Source of the DNA: the human T2T-CHM13v2.0 reference genome, Homo sapiens
Strand: one strand, 5' to 3'
Length of the DNA: 64,000 bases
Assembly (NCBI RefSeq): GCF_009914755.1
Contig: NC_060931.1
This document shows, piece after piece, positions 1 to 16,024 of the stretch. The notes under the pieces are model-generated. The model worked only from the letters and a program-made list of their open reading frames with translations, was not told the origin of the DNA and did no database searches. Every line of letters starts with the position of its first letter. The stretch's first letter is position 1. A program made the position numbers and the translations under genes.

Positions 1-619
1 GATTTTTCATAATCTAAACTTTGCAATGTGAGCAATTAGAAAAAAAAAAACTTTCCTTTTTGTTTCAATTTCTAAGCTAAGCAAAATTAAAATGGATGTC
101 ATTGACAGTAAAATAGAAGCTTAAAAATGTTGTCCTTCTAGGTGACTTTATAACTTAGTATAAAATCCCATTAACCCCTTTTTATAAAAATGCATAATTT
201 GAAGCTTAACAGCACTTGCAATTCTATGACACATTTGGCTACCTGTAATTGGTGAAAGACAGAACTTTATTTTCTGCTTCTGTCATTTTTGTATTTTTTG
301 TAGAGGAAATATACTTCAAAGATATGCTTTATATATACTCTCTAAATTTATATATTTCCTGTGGGATCTGAAATATTTAAAGCACCTTTAAACACTATTT
401 CAGAAAATGGGTTTGCAGGTAGCACAAGAAATTTCCTCTAGAAATATAAAAATAGATGAGGATGGTTTAATGGAAAATTTATTGGAATAGACGCATGGAA
501 TGTTGGGACCATTTTTAGGGCAAATTCCATGGGGAGTGATTAGAAAAATCAGCAAATATAATTCCATGTGAAATCCTTGGGGAAATTCAGTATACAATAA
601 AACACATGAGTGGGATATC

Positions 620-1640
620 TAAATCAGACCTAAGGGTCTAAAAAGAAAACAAACCTATGATAGCCTCTTAAGGAGGAGAAATAATTAGGGACAAGATGGT
701 AGAAAAGGCAAAGAAAGGAAAAATAGTTTTCTCAGTGTAGGAAACAATGTACAACATCCTTGGGATTATTTCTCCTTTTTATGGTTGTAATGTAGAAAGA
801 CTGAAAGTCAATAGGAGTAAATTCTACTGATTAAGTGGGTGGTGTGGATTAGAAGGACACTGGCCTATAAAGTTAACTGTGCAAAATCTTGAAAGGGCTT
901 GCGAGCCACGCTAGAGAATTTCAAATTGATCAGAAGGGCAATAGGAAATCATATAGGGTTTTGCATAGGAATTTAACATGAGCAGATTTGTATTTTTTAG
1001 GGGTCAGTCTTATTGACATCTGGAGAGTTGCCTGGAGAGAGACAAGGCTGAAAATAGGGAAACCATTAAAAAAGCTATTACAGCAATCCACATAGGCTAT
1101 GATCTAAGGCACAGCTGGGGTGGTAGCAGAAGGAACAGATGAATTTGAAAGATACTTAGGAGATAAAATCAACAGGTAAATGACTAGGTGTGTGAGGCAA
1201 GAGAGACGGGAGATTCAGAAATGGCACTTGGGTTTCCGGTCAGGACAACAGAATGGACGGTAATGTAATTTGCTAGAACACAGGAAAGAGAGTGGGTTTG
1301 GGTAATAAAGGTGATTTCAGCCATGGACCTGTTAAGATTTCCTATGAGATTTACATGAAATTAATGTAAGTTGAATAGTGGATCACGAAATATAAGCCAG
1401 ATGGAAAGGAAGTAAAAAGAGAAAGTTGATGATAGGAGGAAAGGAGAGGGGTCAAGATTTGGAAGTATCCATAAATTACATGGACAAGTGTGGAGGAGTA
1501 ACCACTAGAGGTCCGAGTTGGTAAGAGATTATGCTCAGAAAGTGGGATGTCTGCATTCATGAATTCAGAAGTAGACATGTCCTGGTGAAGACAAGTGCAC
1601 AGGTGGCTGTGGGAGTGGTTGGCTGAAGTGGAGTTAAGGT
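620..1640 (-). mobile_element. L2 LINE remnant
   Basis: Purine-rich degenerate text typical of antisense L2 (e.g. 'gaagggcaataggaaatcatatagggttttgcatagg...atgagcagatttgtatttt'); boundaries approximate. Confidence 0.75.
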
Positions 1641-2224
1641 AAGGGTCCTTGGAAATGAGGCACTAGCAGCTCAACTCAGTGCTGGGGTTTCACTTTCCTG
1701 GAGTTCATGCTGCTATTTCATTTGGAACTCAGATGCTTTTAGGGTACTGAGTATGTTTTCACTAATATCTGTACCTTAATATTTGTGCCCATACACACAG
1801 GGGGTCATGTATAAAATTCTTTGGTGGGTGATTCTGCTGTATCTAATTATCTCATGGAGAAAATGGAACTTACTGAAGAAAAGAATGGCAGCTCTTCTGC
1901 AAATAAATAAGCAGATACACATAAGCTTGTAATACATTACTGTTAAAACCAGAGAAAAGAACCTGCTTTATAATTAATTTAATTAACATATTCACCACTA
2001 TTGGATTCAGTTTAATTTAATAAAATTTGGTTTAAAAGTGCTGGCATAGATAAAACTAAATGTTTATATAAACAAGCATTTGAACAGCTGAGGGAAAAGA
2101 TTGATCGTTGAGGGCTAAAGGTTTAAGAGCCTTATAGAAGATGGAACAATTGATCTGAACCTTAGAAGATGGGTTAAAATCTAAACTAGGGAACCTATAC
2201 TATATACTAATTATACATTTAATA

Positions 2225-2420
2225 GGCTTGGGTTCGAATCCTGACTCTGCCTCTTTCTGGCTGTAAGCCCTTCTTCAAATTAATTAATCTTTCTAAAAAT
2301 AAATGTTCTCATCTGTAATATAAAAATATTAATAGTCTTACTTATAAAATATAAGTACATTTAAAAGCTTTTGTCCTGTAGTAATTGACTGAAGTACAAG
2401 CACTAAAAATGTTAATCATC
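2225..2420 (+). mobile_element. MIR SINE
   Basis: 'cttgggttcgaatcctgactctgcc...tctcatctgtaatataaaaatattaatag' matches the MIR B-box and core. Confidence 0.8.
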
Positions 2421-2589
2421 AAAAGCATAAAGATTATATAATATAGAGGTTATATATAGAGAAGAAATTAATATATTTTAAAACTGAACATTTTTGTTGT
2501 GAAAAAAATTATAAAAAATTTAAACAGAATTAAAAATGCATTTATTGTATCCCAAATATTGGCAAATGATATCATCAGAATATACCAGA

Positions 2590-2949
2590 TGGTTGATACC
2601 ATTAGTGTTGCCCAATAATTGTTTATTTTCATTTATCAGTACACAGATAATTATGCTTTCCTTTCTACTTGAAGTTAGGTGTGGCCAGTGATTGGTTCTG
2701 GCCAGTGAAATGTAAGTGGAAATATCTCCTTCAATAAAGCACTTAATTACTTGACCTTAATTCTCCAATTCTCTTCTGCCATGCAAACCTCTAAGCCTGG
2801 TGTTAAAATGGAATTATCAAAAAATGTAGAACATTCAATAACCTGGTTGTTTGAGCTCCAGATTTCTAATTCACATGTGCTGACCATGAGCAAGAGCCAA
2901 ATGGGCATTGTTTGTTATGCCACATAATTTAAACTGTACTAACTGATAC
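2590..2949 (+). mobile_element. Ancient MaLR LTR (MLT1H-K-like)
   Basis: 'cttgaagttaggtgtggccagtgattggttctggccagtgaaatgtaagtggaa' and 3' end 'tgttatgccacataa...actaactgatac'. Confidence 0.65.
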
Positions 2950-3979
2950 CAGTTATAAGGTTCTCTATCTCAAATGAGAGAATAGATTGAGAGAAAGCCA
3001 TGTTATCTTTTATCTAGGCCTGGGCAGACATATATTAACATGCGTTGATAAATAAATATGTGTCAGACACATATTGATAAATCAAGAAGAAAATAGTAAA
3101 GTTAAGATATATAATAAATGGTAACATAATTTTATCCTCCTAACAAATACATAGACAATGATGTAGTTAACATTATCCATATTAAATAGTTTATCATCTT
3201 AAAAATCATTTTCTAAGTTTTTAATTTCATGTGACACAGATAGCATTTCCTCTTTCCATGTTGCCTCCCTTCTAAGAGCTATAGTCTGAGACCAATAATA
3301 TAGCATAGGTTAAGTATGAAGCAAACAACCTGTTAAATATATCAGGGTTCTAGGTATGATGAAACGCATGATAAAAGGCACAATTAGGAGTGAGAAACAC
3401 ATGATGAAATAAACCTAAATGCTCTTTCTACTTGGTGGGTAGCTTGATGGGTTCCCCTTCCCTGATAGAATGAAAAGTATTTGTTGAGAAAGTAAAACAT
3501 TATTGACATTTGAATACATAACGGGAAAGGGCTAAGACACAAAAGGGTGTTTATGGCAATCATAGGTAATGTCTCAACTCAAAATGTGGAGAAGGTTACC
3601 GTAGTGAAGTCTTCAAACTGTCATCTAGGTATCTAGGAACCACAGGCAGTAAGGATTGCGTCTGGATGTTACTGTGCCTCTGATGATACCACTGCCATTT
3701 CAGTAGAGTGGATCTCCATGTCAAGTGGATCTATGCTAAGAGTCCTTGGCACAGATTTCTGATCCCTTCAATCCTGAAGAATTGGCATGAATAGTTCCAT
3801 TTTGCTTTGTGGCAATAGTTCTGACTCTGAAGTCAACCCTAATCACAAAATATCTCTGTGAATTGAAAGTGAACAAGAGATGTCAATGAAAATTCTCAGT
3901 GCTTCTCAGAACTGTAAGGCCTCCAAAGAAGTGTAAATTTAGGAAGGCTATGCAGAAAATGGCAGGAGGATGACGGTTC

Positions 3980-4635
3980 ATTCTCCACCCTATAGCAGAA
4001 GTGATCTTTGAAATGTTGGTCTGCTCATATTATTTCCACTGTTACTTAAAACCCTTCAATGGCTTTCCATTCCTCTTAAATTGATGGCCATGAAGAACTT
4101 CAAGATAAAAAGATAAAATGACCCAAAAGACAATAAATGATGTGAACACTGTCTACCTTTCCAGCTCTTCTCTTATTATTTCCTTATCATTTCCTTCCCT
4201 GGAGCCATCACTCTAGATCAGCCATGCTTCCTCCCACCATGAAGATCTTACACATGCAATTATCTCTACCAAGATGTTTTTCCTTCCCTTCCCTTCTTAG
4301 TAGTTCACACTGCTTATCTCTCAGCCACGTGTCAGCTATCATTTCTTATGGAGTCTTATATTACTCCTTGGCTAAGTCACATCCTCCTGCAACAGGGTTT
4401 TGTACCACTGAGGACCTCCCCTTTGTGGTCATTGTCAGAATTGAAATTTAATAATTGTGTAGGCATAATTCATTGATGGATATTTGTTGTTATACATATT
4501 TTTTTATTTTGCTAGAAGGTAAACACTACAAAAACAAGAGGATATATAGGTTTCCATTTAGCTTCTTTTGCCAGTGTTTGCTGAAGGGTCAAACAAGTGG
4601 CAGATTTCGAATACATATTGGTTGAATAAATTAAT
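3980..4635 (+). mobile_element. L2 LINE 3' region
   Basis: 'acttaaaacccttcaatggctttccatt' and terminal 'atacatattggttgaataaattaa'. Confidence 0.75.
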
Positions 4636-5329
4636 ATTGTTGAACACTACGATGATACCCTAATGAACAGATGTGCCTTCTGACTCACTTAAATGCTTAA
4701 AATAAAAGTCAAGGTATTTTGGAGGGTGTAGATGACACAGACATCCTTCAAAATGTTGCAGTTCACTATTCAGAGAAAAATGTGGAATCTGATGTTAGTC
4801 TTTTAAGTTGAGGGAAGGGGAGTAAACTGTCAAAGCAGTGCTTGTCATGGGAATTTTTTCTTTGCCACGGTTCATAAATGAAAGGTAAGGAATGAGTCAC
4901 CATGTTGATAGTGCATTCAACCTCTCAGATACTCTGCAAAAAGGATTTTATACATTCTGGCTTAATTAGGATCCTTAGGTAATATCTTAGTCTAAAAAAC
5001 TAAATACAGTGGTTAACTAGGTCCTCTGTATATTTCAGTCAGTATTGCAGATTATATTTTGGAGAAGTCTTAGTATTTTTTCTTGCCTTAGAAAGCACCA
5101 TGGTAGTGGACATCACGGAACCTTTTCCAATGATTCAGAACACTGTGATGCCTCATGGTTGTCATCTTGTAAATCAGTTATTATGGGAAATAGAAATATA
5201 AATTTAGAAGATAGAGCAGATTGAACCAAATGACCCTTGGATATAACTTGAAAAAAGTTCTGTTTAAAACCTTCCAGGAGCTTCCAACACTTAGAATGAT
5301 ATCCCAGCCTTTACCAGTGCCCAGTACCC

Positions 5330-5599
5330 TGGAATCTGGTTCCTCCCTGTCCATCCAAACTACCTTCCTGCTGTTCCCACACCTGCCAAATTCCATCCCT
5401 CTTTCTGGAAAAATCTCCCACTAGAACTTGAGAAGCTTCAGTCACATCATTTAGATTTCTGCTTGATAGCTTCTCCTCAGAGAGGCTTTCCTTGAGATCC
5501 TGTGGAAAATACCATAGTAGACAACCTGGTCACTGTCTATCACATGAGCCTACTTTATTTTCTTTATAACCCTTACTACTTATTGAAATTATATTATTT

Positions 5600-5647
<48 letters not shown>

Positions 5648-5800
5648 AATTTTTATTGTTCATCTCCTGGACTAAAATATATGCTCAAAGAGTAACAATA
5701 TTTACTCTATTCTCTGTTTTATCCCCAGTGCTTAGAAGAACATATGGCCCAGATTCCACACTCAGTATATAATTCTTGAATGAAAAAGAGAAATGAATCA
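5330..5800 (+). mobile_element. L2 LINE 3' region interrupted by (GT)n
   Basis: 'tctcctcagagaggctttccttga', 'atccccagtgcttagaa', tail 'ttgaatgaaaaagagaaatgaat'. Confidence 0.7.
5603..5644. repeat. (GT)21 microsatellite
   Basis: Perfect dinucleotide run read directly. Confidence 0.98.
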
Positions 5801-6184
5801 AGGGCCTCTGATTCCATGAAGCCCTCCCCAACTGCCCACCACCCATGACATACATCACTTAAGCAGATTGATCATTCCTCTCCTATCCCATTAACAGTTT
5901 ACATTTCTTGGGCAGGCAGTGTCTAAGACCTTTATATATGTTGTCTGATATTATTTGTCAGGCTGTCAGACTGCCTGATTCTGACCAAGGAGAACAGAAA
6001 AACAGGTAAATTTTAGTCTCACGAGGGTCTTTAGAACATATATTAACCATGCATTCATGTAAGCATTTATAAACAGCCTTACAAGTAGAAGAATTCCAAG
6101 AGTACCCTTTTGGAATTTAGACATAAAACATTATAATGCCTTTTGGAACAGCTAAAGTCAGGTAACACCCAATTCCATACTGGT

Positions 6185-6185
6185 T

Positions 6186-6223
<38 letters not shown>
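6185..6223. repeat. (TG)n microsatellite with one interruption
   Basis: Read directly. Confidence 0.97.
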
Positions 6224-6226
<3 letters not shown>

Positions 6227-7649
6227 TGTTTGTGGACATGCAGATGAAATACAACTTGATTTATTAAATAACTCCAGACCTGTGTCATAAATTTCCTTTC
6301 TACACTTGCGCCCTTTGACCCTAATGTGCCAAGGTTATACAGTGGAGATAAAAGCACCAAGGACTTCATCTGAATACATGAATATGCAAACAGGCAAAAA
6401 TATGCCCTATGCACCTGAGGAACTACAGGGAAAATATGTCTGCTGTATTTCTCAGGACTTTAATTTTCAGAGACATCTCTAGGACTAGATAGGACAAAAA
6501 GAATTACTGGCCAAACTAAAACAGCTAAGGGCAAGGCAAACTGAAGTGTAGCATAGCCCTCCAATATAAGGCATCTGAGCCAGGTACTTAACATGCTATC
6601 AGGATTCTTATAGGGATGTATGTGTTAATTTTTCTCAGTCCAAATCATTTATGTCCACTGACAAATGGGGAATAACTGGGCTTAAAAATCTGTAAAATTA
6701 AATCTAAAAATGATTTTTAAAATAATAGTATTCTGTCCACAATTCAACAGCAACAATTATTTTCATCAGTCTAGCAAAAGACAATTTTTTTAAAGGTACT
6801 TTAGGTAAAATTTTCATAAACTATTTTGGTTTCAATGATGCTGTATTGATACCATCGTTGGTTTCTGCAATTATTTAATCTAATTAACTTGAGTTCTCCC
6901 TAATGCCTTAACCAAAAATATGTATTAAGCATAGTATATGTACAGCATTGAACTAACTTTCTGATATAAATAATACTAAAGAAGTTTGGACAAGAGAAAC
7001 ATGTTCCCTCTTCAGGACAGGGCATTTCAAACAGGTGAAGAATCAGAGTTTAGTTTGTTTGTTTCCCCAGTCCATCAGAGACCAATATTTTTGTAAAGAG
7101 AAAAAAAAAGTGAATTACTACAAAAATAAAATAAAAAAGACATCCAAAATACAAGTCTAAATTATTTAGTTTTTGATTTATCAGGGATAAAATTACATTT
7201 CAATAAATATAACCAAAACAACATTTCATAGGAAAAAGGGAACTATGGAAACTCTTCAAATTGTTCATTTAAAATGTGTATGTAGGTAGAGAATCACTAT
7301 TATGCCCATATTTTTTTTCTTTTCTCAATTGTAACTGAACAAACAGTTATATGTAAAACAATTCCCGTGCCAAATACATTTTTGCACATCTTGAATGAAT
7401 ACCATGGACATCAATATTTAAAGTTTTCAAAGGTGGCAAATGAACATATTTCTTACTTCCTCATTTATCTAATTTAAATTGGATTAATGAATTTCTAAAT
7501 TTTGATCTTCACTTCTGTACTTATTTTATCACAAACCATAACAAACAGCAAGAATGTAATAAGAGAATTAGACCTTCCCCACAAATTCTTGCTGCTGTGG
7601 CCTCTTGAACTCTCTTCTCTGTCTCCTCAATTCAGCAAGACCTTAAATC

Positions 7650-9725
<2,076 letters not shown>

Positions 9726-9732
9726 AAAGTTT

Positions 9733-10315
9733 GCAGCACTGTTCACAATAGTCAAATTATGAAATCAACCATTAATGTGTCCATCAAAGGATGAATAAAT
9801 AAAGAAAACGTGATAATATATTCACAATGGAATACAATTCAACCCTTAAAAAGGGAGAAAGTCAATCATTTGTGACAACATGAATGGAATTGAAGAACAT
9901 TATGCTAAGTACAATAACCCAAACATAAAAAGACAAATACCATATGTTCTTACTTATATGTGGAATCTAAAACAACTGAACTCATGGAAGCAGCGAGTAG
10001 AATGATAGTAACCAGAGGCTGGGGGTGGGGTAGTGGGGAAATGATAGTGAAGCCTCAGTAAGGAAGAATAACTTTGATTTTTTTTTGACTAATTGCCAAC
10101 ATGATGAATATAGCTAATAATTAATTTATATATTACGATATCATAACAAGTAAATTTCTAATGTTCTCATCACAAAAGAATATTAAGTATTTGAGGTGAT
10201 GGATATGTTTATTAGCTTAATTTAAACTTTTCATATTACATTCAAAAATTATAATGCCACTTTTTACTTCATAAATATATACAACTATAGTTCATCAATA
10301 TATCATAAAATAATT
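9733..10315 (+). mobile_element. L1MA-type 3' end (5'-truncated)
   Basis: 'gcagcactgttcacaatag...aatggaatac...attatgctaagt...gaggtgatggatatgtt'; probable TSD aagtttg(c/t)ag on both sides. Confidence 0.88.
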
Positions 10316-10684
10316 TTTTTAAGTTTGTAGAAACTCAACTATGAAACCATCTGGGTCATGAAACTATTTGAACAATTTCTTTATTCTGTATAATAACCTA
10401 ACTTTATGACAAAAAGTTTACTATTTCACTTAGTGTTTAAATGTCTTAAGCACAATTTCATGTATGTAATTAATCTGAAAAAACATTTCTATGACAGTGA
10501 TTGTATCACCTTTCATACACTAATATTGTGAATTACTATTCTCACGCATTTTCCCATGAGTATCTTTTAGAGATTTATCTATTTCATTATAGTTCTTAAA
10601 TAACTAGCATTAGATGTATTTTCATTTCTAACTTCCCTTACTTATGTTATTATCTTTACAACTTCCTTTCTACTGATTTCATAG

Positions 10685-11194
10685 TGATCGAGGCAGGAGG
10701 CAGACAGATGCCCAGGCAGATAGGGGCAGGTCCCAATGAAACCCAATCTTCAAGTTGGAAACTGTTCCTGGTAAATCCTTGGACCCCATTAAGAACCTGC
10801 CTTCCTGTTTCATGCACTATCCTCTGACCTTGATCCCCATCCTTCACGTATTTTACATATCCCTACCCTTTCTTAATTGTTTTTCTACACTGTAGTGCCC
10901 ATCTTTGAATGGTGTTCTTCACTTTGACCTTTTTTGCATACTCACAAACAAATCAGCACACACTCCCTATTCTGAGCTCATAAAAAGCCCCAGGCTCCAC
11001 CACATTAGAAAACCTTCCTGTCTTCAGGTAGGAGAACCACCCCACCCCTCCCGTGTCACCTGTTTTTGCTGAGAGCTTTTCTTTCCCTTAAATTTTACTC
11101 CACTCACTCTTTGAGGTTTGCGTGCCTAATTTTTCCTGGTCATGAGACAATAACCCAAACCGAGCTGAGCTAAAAGAGCAAACATCCTAAATCA
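10685..11194 (+). mobile_element. ERV1 solo LTR (MER66/MER50/LTR29-like)
   Basis: TG...CA termini, 4-bp TSD atag (10681-10684, 11195-11198), TATA-like 'cataaaaagcccca'. Confidence 0.85.
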
Positions 11195-11228
11195 ATAGGA
11201 GTTAATTCAGTGTACTTTCTTATCTCCC

Positions 11229-11855
11229 TGTTAATATTTATTGCTGCGAACAAACTATAGGAGATTTTGCAGCTTAAAACAACACCCATTTATTAGCTCA
11301 CTGCAAGTCAGAAGTTTGCGTGACATCACTGGTTTCTCCTCTCAGTGTATCATAGGGCTAAACTCAAGGTGTTGGTTATGCTGAGTCTTCTTTGGAAGTT
11401 CTGAGGAAAAATCAGCCTCCAGGATCATTCTTGTTTGCAAAATTCATTTCCTTCCTCTTGTAGGAATGAGGTCCTGGTGTTCTTTTTGACTGTCAACCCA
11501 GTAGCTTCTCTCAGCTTCTAGAGTCCCCCCACATTCCTTGCTATGTGACCTCTCCGTCTTCAAGCCTGCAACACTGTATTCAATCTTCAAGCCTATAACA
11601 ATATGTTCAATCCTTCCTATGCTTTGAATCTCTGACTTCTTGTCTCTTACCTCTGGACCCAGATTTAAAGAGATGACATGGTTGAGCCAGGCACAATTTT
11701 CCTATCTTAAGGTCAGCTGGTTTTAGACCCTAATTTACACTAGCAAAATCCTTCACAACAGCATCTAAATTGGTATTTGATTGAATAATGGGAAAAGGTG
11801 TGTGTTTATCAACAGACAGAAATCTTGGGAGTCTCATAGAATTCTGCCTACCACA
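11229..11855 (-). mobile_element. MaLR LTR, MLT1E-like
   Basis: 'gcttaaaacaacacccatttattagctcac' at left; 'tagaattctgcctaccaca' at right is the reverse of the MLT1E start. Confidence 0.85.
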
Positions 11856-11859
11856 TTTC

Positions 11860-12900
11860 TATGAGTGGCATATTTAGCTCATTTATTTTTATTTTCCCTA
11901 TTTTGCAGGCATAAATTTTCAGAGTGCATATCATATTTGTCTGTGTTTCCTACTTTTTGATATATTCTGTCTTGAGAAGTTGATATCCTCTTTGACTCAA
12001 GAGTTCTTTAGGTTATTATTTTTGGTTCCTATGTGATTTAATATGTTCCTTAAGTAATGCTTTTGTTATTAATGTTTTTATTTCACTGAAATAAGATAAG
12101 TAGAATTGTTATGATTTATTCTTTTCCTTTTGAGTTTTTTTAAGACCCAGGATATAATCAATATTTAAAAATACCTCATGAGTATTTGAAAATATTTTTT
12201 AAAAATATATATTTTCTGCCTAGGAACTAAAACATTAATTATATTATTCAATTTCTTAATTTCTTCATTTGATTTCTGATTATTTTATCTTCAGAAAGTT
12301 TGAAAAATAGTTATTTTCCCATTTATTTTTTATTTTGAACATTTAATATAGTTCAGAGATATATTATTTGTCTCATAGATGACTTTTGATAGCTAAATCT
12401 TCATGTTACAGTACACCTTTTATCCTCATATAATACCTGACAACATGCTAAACAAAGAATTGCTATGATGATTATAAATGATGATATTTGTACAATATGA
12501 TATTGCCACTAATGCTTTTATTTGTAATTTTCTTTATGTCACATTATTTTTCATTTTGTATATTATTTAGCTATCAGTCTTCATGTATTTTCGTTGTTTT
12601 TTGTTTTGCAATCTAATTCCCGAGTTTTCAAGTAGTAGGGTTTAACACTTTTTTTTTTTTTCAGTTGGGCTTGCTTCTGTTATCTACTTTATATTTTATG
12701 CTCTTAAGTTTTCATGCTATTCCCCAGTCAGTTCACTGATTTTGCTATACTATTCAAAGTTTCTTTCGTTTTTGTTTTCTAGTGATTTGAGAATAATATA
12801 CCTATGTTTATTCTACCAGTGATTTATCTTAAAATTTTGAGCATAAATGTATGAACATACATGAACTCATTTTTAAATTTATTTTCCTCTAGCAATAGAG
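11860..12900 (-). mobile_element. Highly decayed L1M fragments
   Basis: T-rich strand with scattered antisense L1 ORF2-like phrases; weak. Confidence 0.45.
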
Positions 12901-12969
12901 AATGATCTTTTTAATAAAATAAAACCAATAATCTCATTTTCCCACTTAATGTTCTTTCTATTTTTGAAG

Positions 12970-13465
12970 ATAAAAGTCAAAATTTTAGCTTAGACATGAA
13001 GGCCCTTCATTAACTGAGTGATGTCTCTTTCTCTTGCGTTGTAACTTCTGTTCTCCTTCTCTTTAGCTATGTTCTGTTGTTTCAGGATTCCGACATTCAC
13101 ACTGCTGTTATGCAAAATGCTGTTTTTCAAACTGAAATGCTTGTGCTTCTCTTTTACCTGCTAAATTCTATTCAAACTTCAACATTCAGTTCAAATAATT
13201 ATGTCCCCTGGAAAACTTTTCCTAGTCACATTCTCCATGCAATCTGATTTTAAAAACCCTCTCCTTCACTGATGTGGCACTCTGTAGATACCCCATCACA
13301 GGACCTATCATCTTGCCCTACATTATTAGGTTACTCATTCATCTTCTCTTCTTCTTGGAGCTCAGTAAGGGCAGGGGCTTTGTCTTATTCAGCTTTGAGC
13401 CCTCAGAATCTAGTGCTGTCCTTCACATATTTGTGGTACTTACAAATATTTGTTTACTGAATTAA
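12970..13465 (+). mobile_element. L2 LINE 3' end
   Basis: 'aaggcccttcat', 'gagctcagtaagggcaggggctttgtcttattca', 'aaatatttgtttactgaattaa'. Confidence 0.8.
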
Positions 13466-13609
13466 GTATATTAGACAAATATCACCAGTGTTTGCCCATT
13501 TTTGGCTCAAATATTCAGAAATTTCATTTATGTTTATAAAATACACAATGTAATTTTCTGATTTATTCTGAAGTACCAGAAACAAAGAAAAAATAGAAAA
13601 CCGAATATA

Positions 13610-13806
13610 TTATAATGTAACCAATGAACTTTAGCTAACAATGTATCAGTATTGGTTCATCAATTGTAATAAATGTATTATACAAATGCAAGATATTAAT
13701 AATAGAGGAAACTGGGGTAGGCAAGTACATATGAGAACTTTCTGTACTTTCTGCTCAATTTTTCTATAGGACAAAACTGCTCTAAAAGTAGTCTTATAAC
13801 TAAAAA
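13610..13806 (+). mobile_element. L1MC/L1MD-type 3' UTR fragment
   Basis: 'aatgtatcagtattggttcatcaattgtaataaatgta...ctgtactttctgctcaatttttc...aaaactgctctaaaa'. Confidence 0.85.
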
Positions 13807-13889
13807 CACCTGTTTATATATTTCAAAATATATTCAATATTATAACTGAATATACCTTACCTTACTATTTAATAATAGCTCTTTTACAT

Positions 13890-14690
13890 ATTAATTTAAC
13901 TAACATATTGAACACCTCTATGCCCATAAGACAAGTGAGAGACCAAGTGTTGCTTGCTACATATTGTGATAAGCCCTGTCAAGACAGTATTTTTTGAGAG
14001 CACGTAGGAAACCTATCAATCCTAGACCTGGGTAGGTGATCCAAGATTCCATGATGGAAGTGACACCTCCAAGGAAGCCTGAATGATGAGAAGGAGTTTA
14101 TGAGTAAAGAACTAAAAATAAGGAAAATAGAACCTGGAGAATTAAATCTGATCCTGTTTCAGAGTTTGAACTTTAATCCAGAGGTAATGTGATGCCACTG
14201 AAAAGATTGTTAACATGTACATGACATAATCAGATTTCCTTTCTAGAAGGATTACTTTGGATGCTACAAAGAGGAAAGTGGATGAGAAATAGGCAAGATC
14301 AGATGGTATCAAAGCAAGGAGACAACTTATGAAGCTTTTTTGGCCATCTAGGCTAGGAATGATGATTCTCTAAAATGGAGTAGTATCAATAGGAATAGGG
14401 TGATGAGAATTTCACAGCAGATCAGGAGATAGATGGATTGGATACAAGTGAGAAGGAGGCATTCAGGGTGATTCTTCAGTCTTTAACTATTCAACTGGGT
14501 GGATGTCCTCATGCCATTTTCAGAGAGAGAAAAGATAGAGAGTAAATTTGGGTAAAGGAATTGAAAATGAGTTACATTTGGGATTTGAAATATCTGCAGA
14601 ATATGCAAATGAAGACCTCCAACTGAGAAATGAATGTGGAGATCCTGGCCTATGTAAGGGAATTGGGTCATTAAAAGACAGTAAGAATTG
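13890..14690 (-). mobile_element. L2 LINE remnant
   Basis: 'catattgaacacctctatgc', 'tgacataatcagatttcctttctagaaggattactttgg'. Confidence 0.75.
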
Positions 14691-15319
14691 TCAGACTATC
14701 TCAATAACTGAAGAAAGGGGTGTGGGCAAATTAGCAACTGAAGCATTGGATATTTTCCCCACTATAGAGATATAGAGAATTATTACTTCGGAAATACAAC
14801 AACAACAAATATTTTCTAGTTGAGAAACTTCATAGATGTTTATACCATATTTTTCTCTTTGGTGATAAAGTGATTTTAGAAGTAATTTATATTTATTTTT
14901 AAGTTGGCATTACATCTTTTTGAAGATACCAGGATATTTACTGTAGAATCTCCAGGCTGCCATCCATATAATGGATCCCAAGGACCTTATCACTTTCTTG
15001 ACAGTAAGAATGTGTGTACTTTAATGAAGTTGTTATCAATTCCATCAGATGTAATACTTACTTTGATAATAAATAATGTGGAATGCTCCCTCTACTATCC
15101 TGAAATTAAATATACACATAATACCTACACAGATAATTAAAAAATACAGTGCCCTAAATGTAGTATAAAGGAGGAGTAAAGACAACTAATAAAGTTAATA
15201 TTTCTCTAAAAAACTGCTCAACGTAACAGCACTAGAAGACATAATGAAATAATCAGATACTTAAACCCCTAGGTGTAATTACAATGAAGTTGTAGCTATA
15301 AGTGAAGGTTATGTAAACT

Positions 15320-15435
15320 TCAGAAAGCCATGTGTTTATTCTACTTAGTTCACTGCTATTTCCTTTGTACCTGGAGCTATGCCTGAAACATGGTATGTGC
15401 TCAGTAAAAACTTTATTAAATAATTGAAATAATAA
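15320..15435 (+). mobile_element. L2 3' terminus
   Basis: 'gttcactgctatttcc...tgcctgaaacatggtatgtgctcagtaaaaac'. Confidence 0.7.
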
Positions 15436-16024
15436 ATTCAAGTGTTCCTTATGATTTTAAATACCACTAGCAGCACTGCTGTCAGTGATGTGATGTTTCA
15501 AAATGTGGATCAATTCTCAGTGAATTTCCAAGCAATAGTTTGCCCAGTTGTTGCATTTAAGTATTATTACTGGTTTAATTGTAAATTGTTAAGTACTAAT
15601 CCATGAGAATAATCACTAATCTGAACAAATTTCTTTAAAATAGCTTACTATTAAGTACTTTACTTAAATCAGCAATAATGAATTTGCACTAATTGGTCAC
15701 CTATTATGTACCTGATAGTAGAGATTGTGCTCTCACACCTGTATATCTTTACCCTTGGAGAGGCATTTACTACATAATTTTTGAGTAAATGATTTCTTGC
15801 AACAATTCTGCTTTGTGAGTGTTTTGCCACTTTTAAAAAATTGTCTTTCTGATTGCTATGTTTAAGATTTGATTACTATGTTCTATTACTGATATTTGAA
15901 GTAACTTAACAGAACTATCTGGTTTATTTATCTACAAAAATATATATTTTACCCAGCAATTTAAGACTATGTTTAACTCATCATTATTTCAATAAGAAAT
16001 GAAAAATACATTAAACTTATATTT

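Noticed and set aside
120-430. Splice-like signals (ccttctAG|GTgact, ttttgtAG at ~303, CAG|gtagca); similar ones at ~5961-6006, ~14920-15004, ~33848-33886 and ~54007
   Set aside because: At least one site of each pair is weak, and such motifs are expected by chance in T-rich DNA.
3540-3960. Higher-complexity block that looked exon-like
   Set aside because: No sustained ORF or paired splice sites; it more likely is a very old LTR relic that I cannot assign.
6079-6414. 111-aa ORF with an HT repeat
   Set aside because: The HT run is the (CA)n microsatellite; the rest has no recognisable homology.
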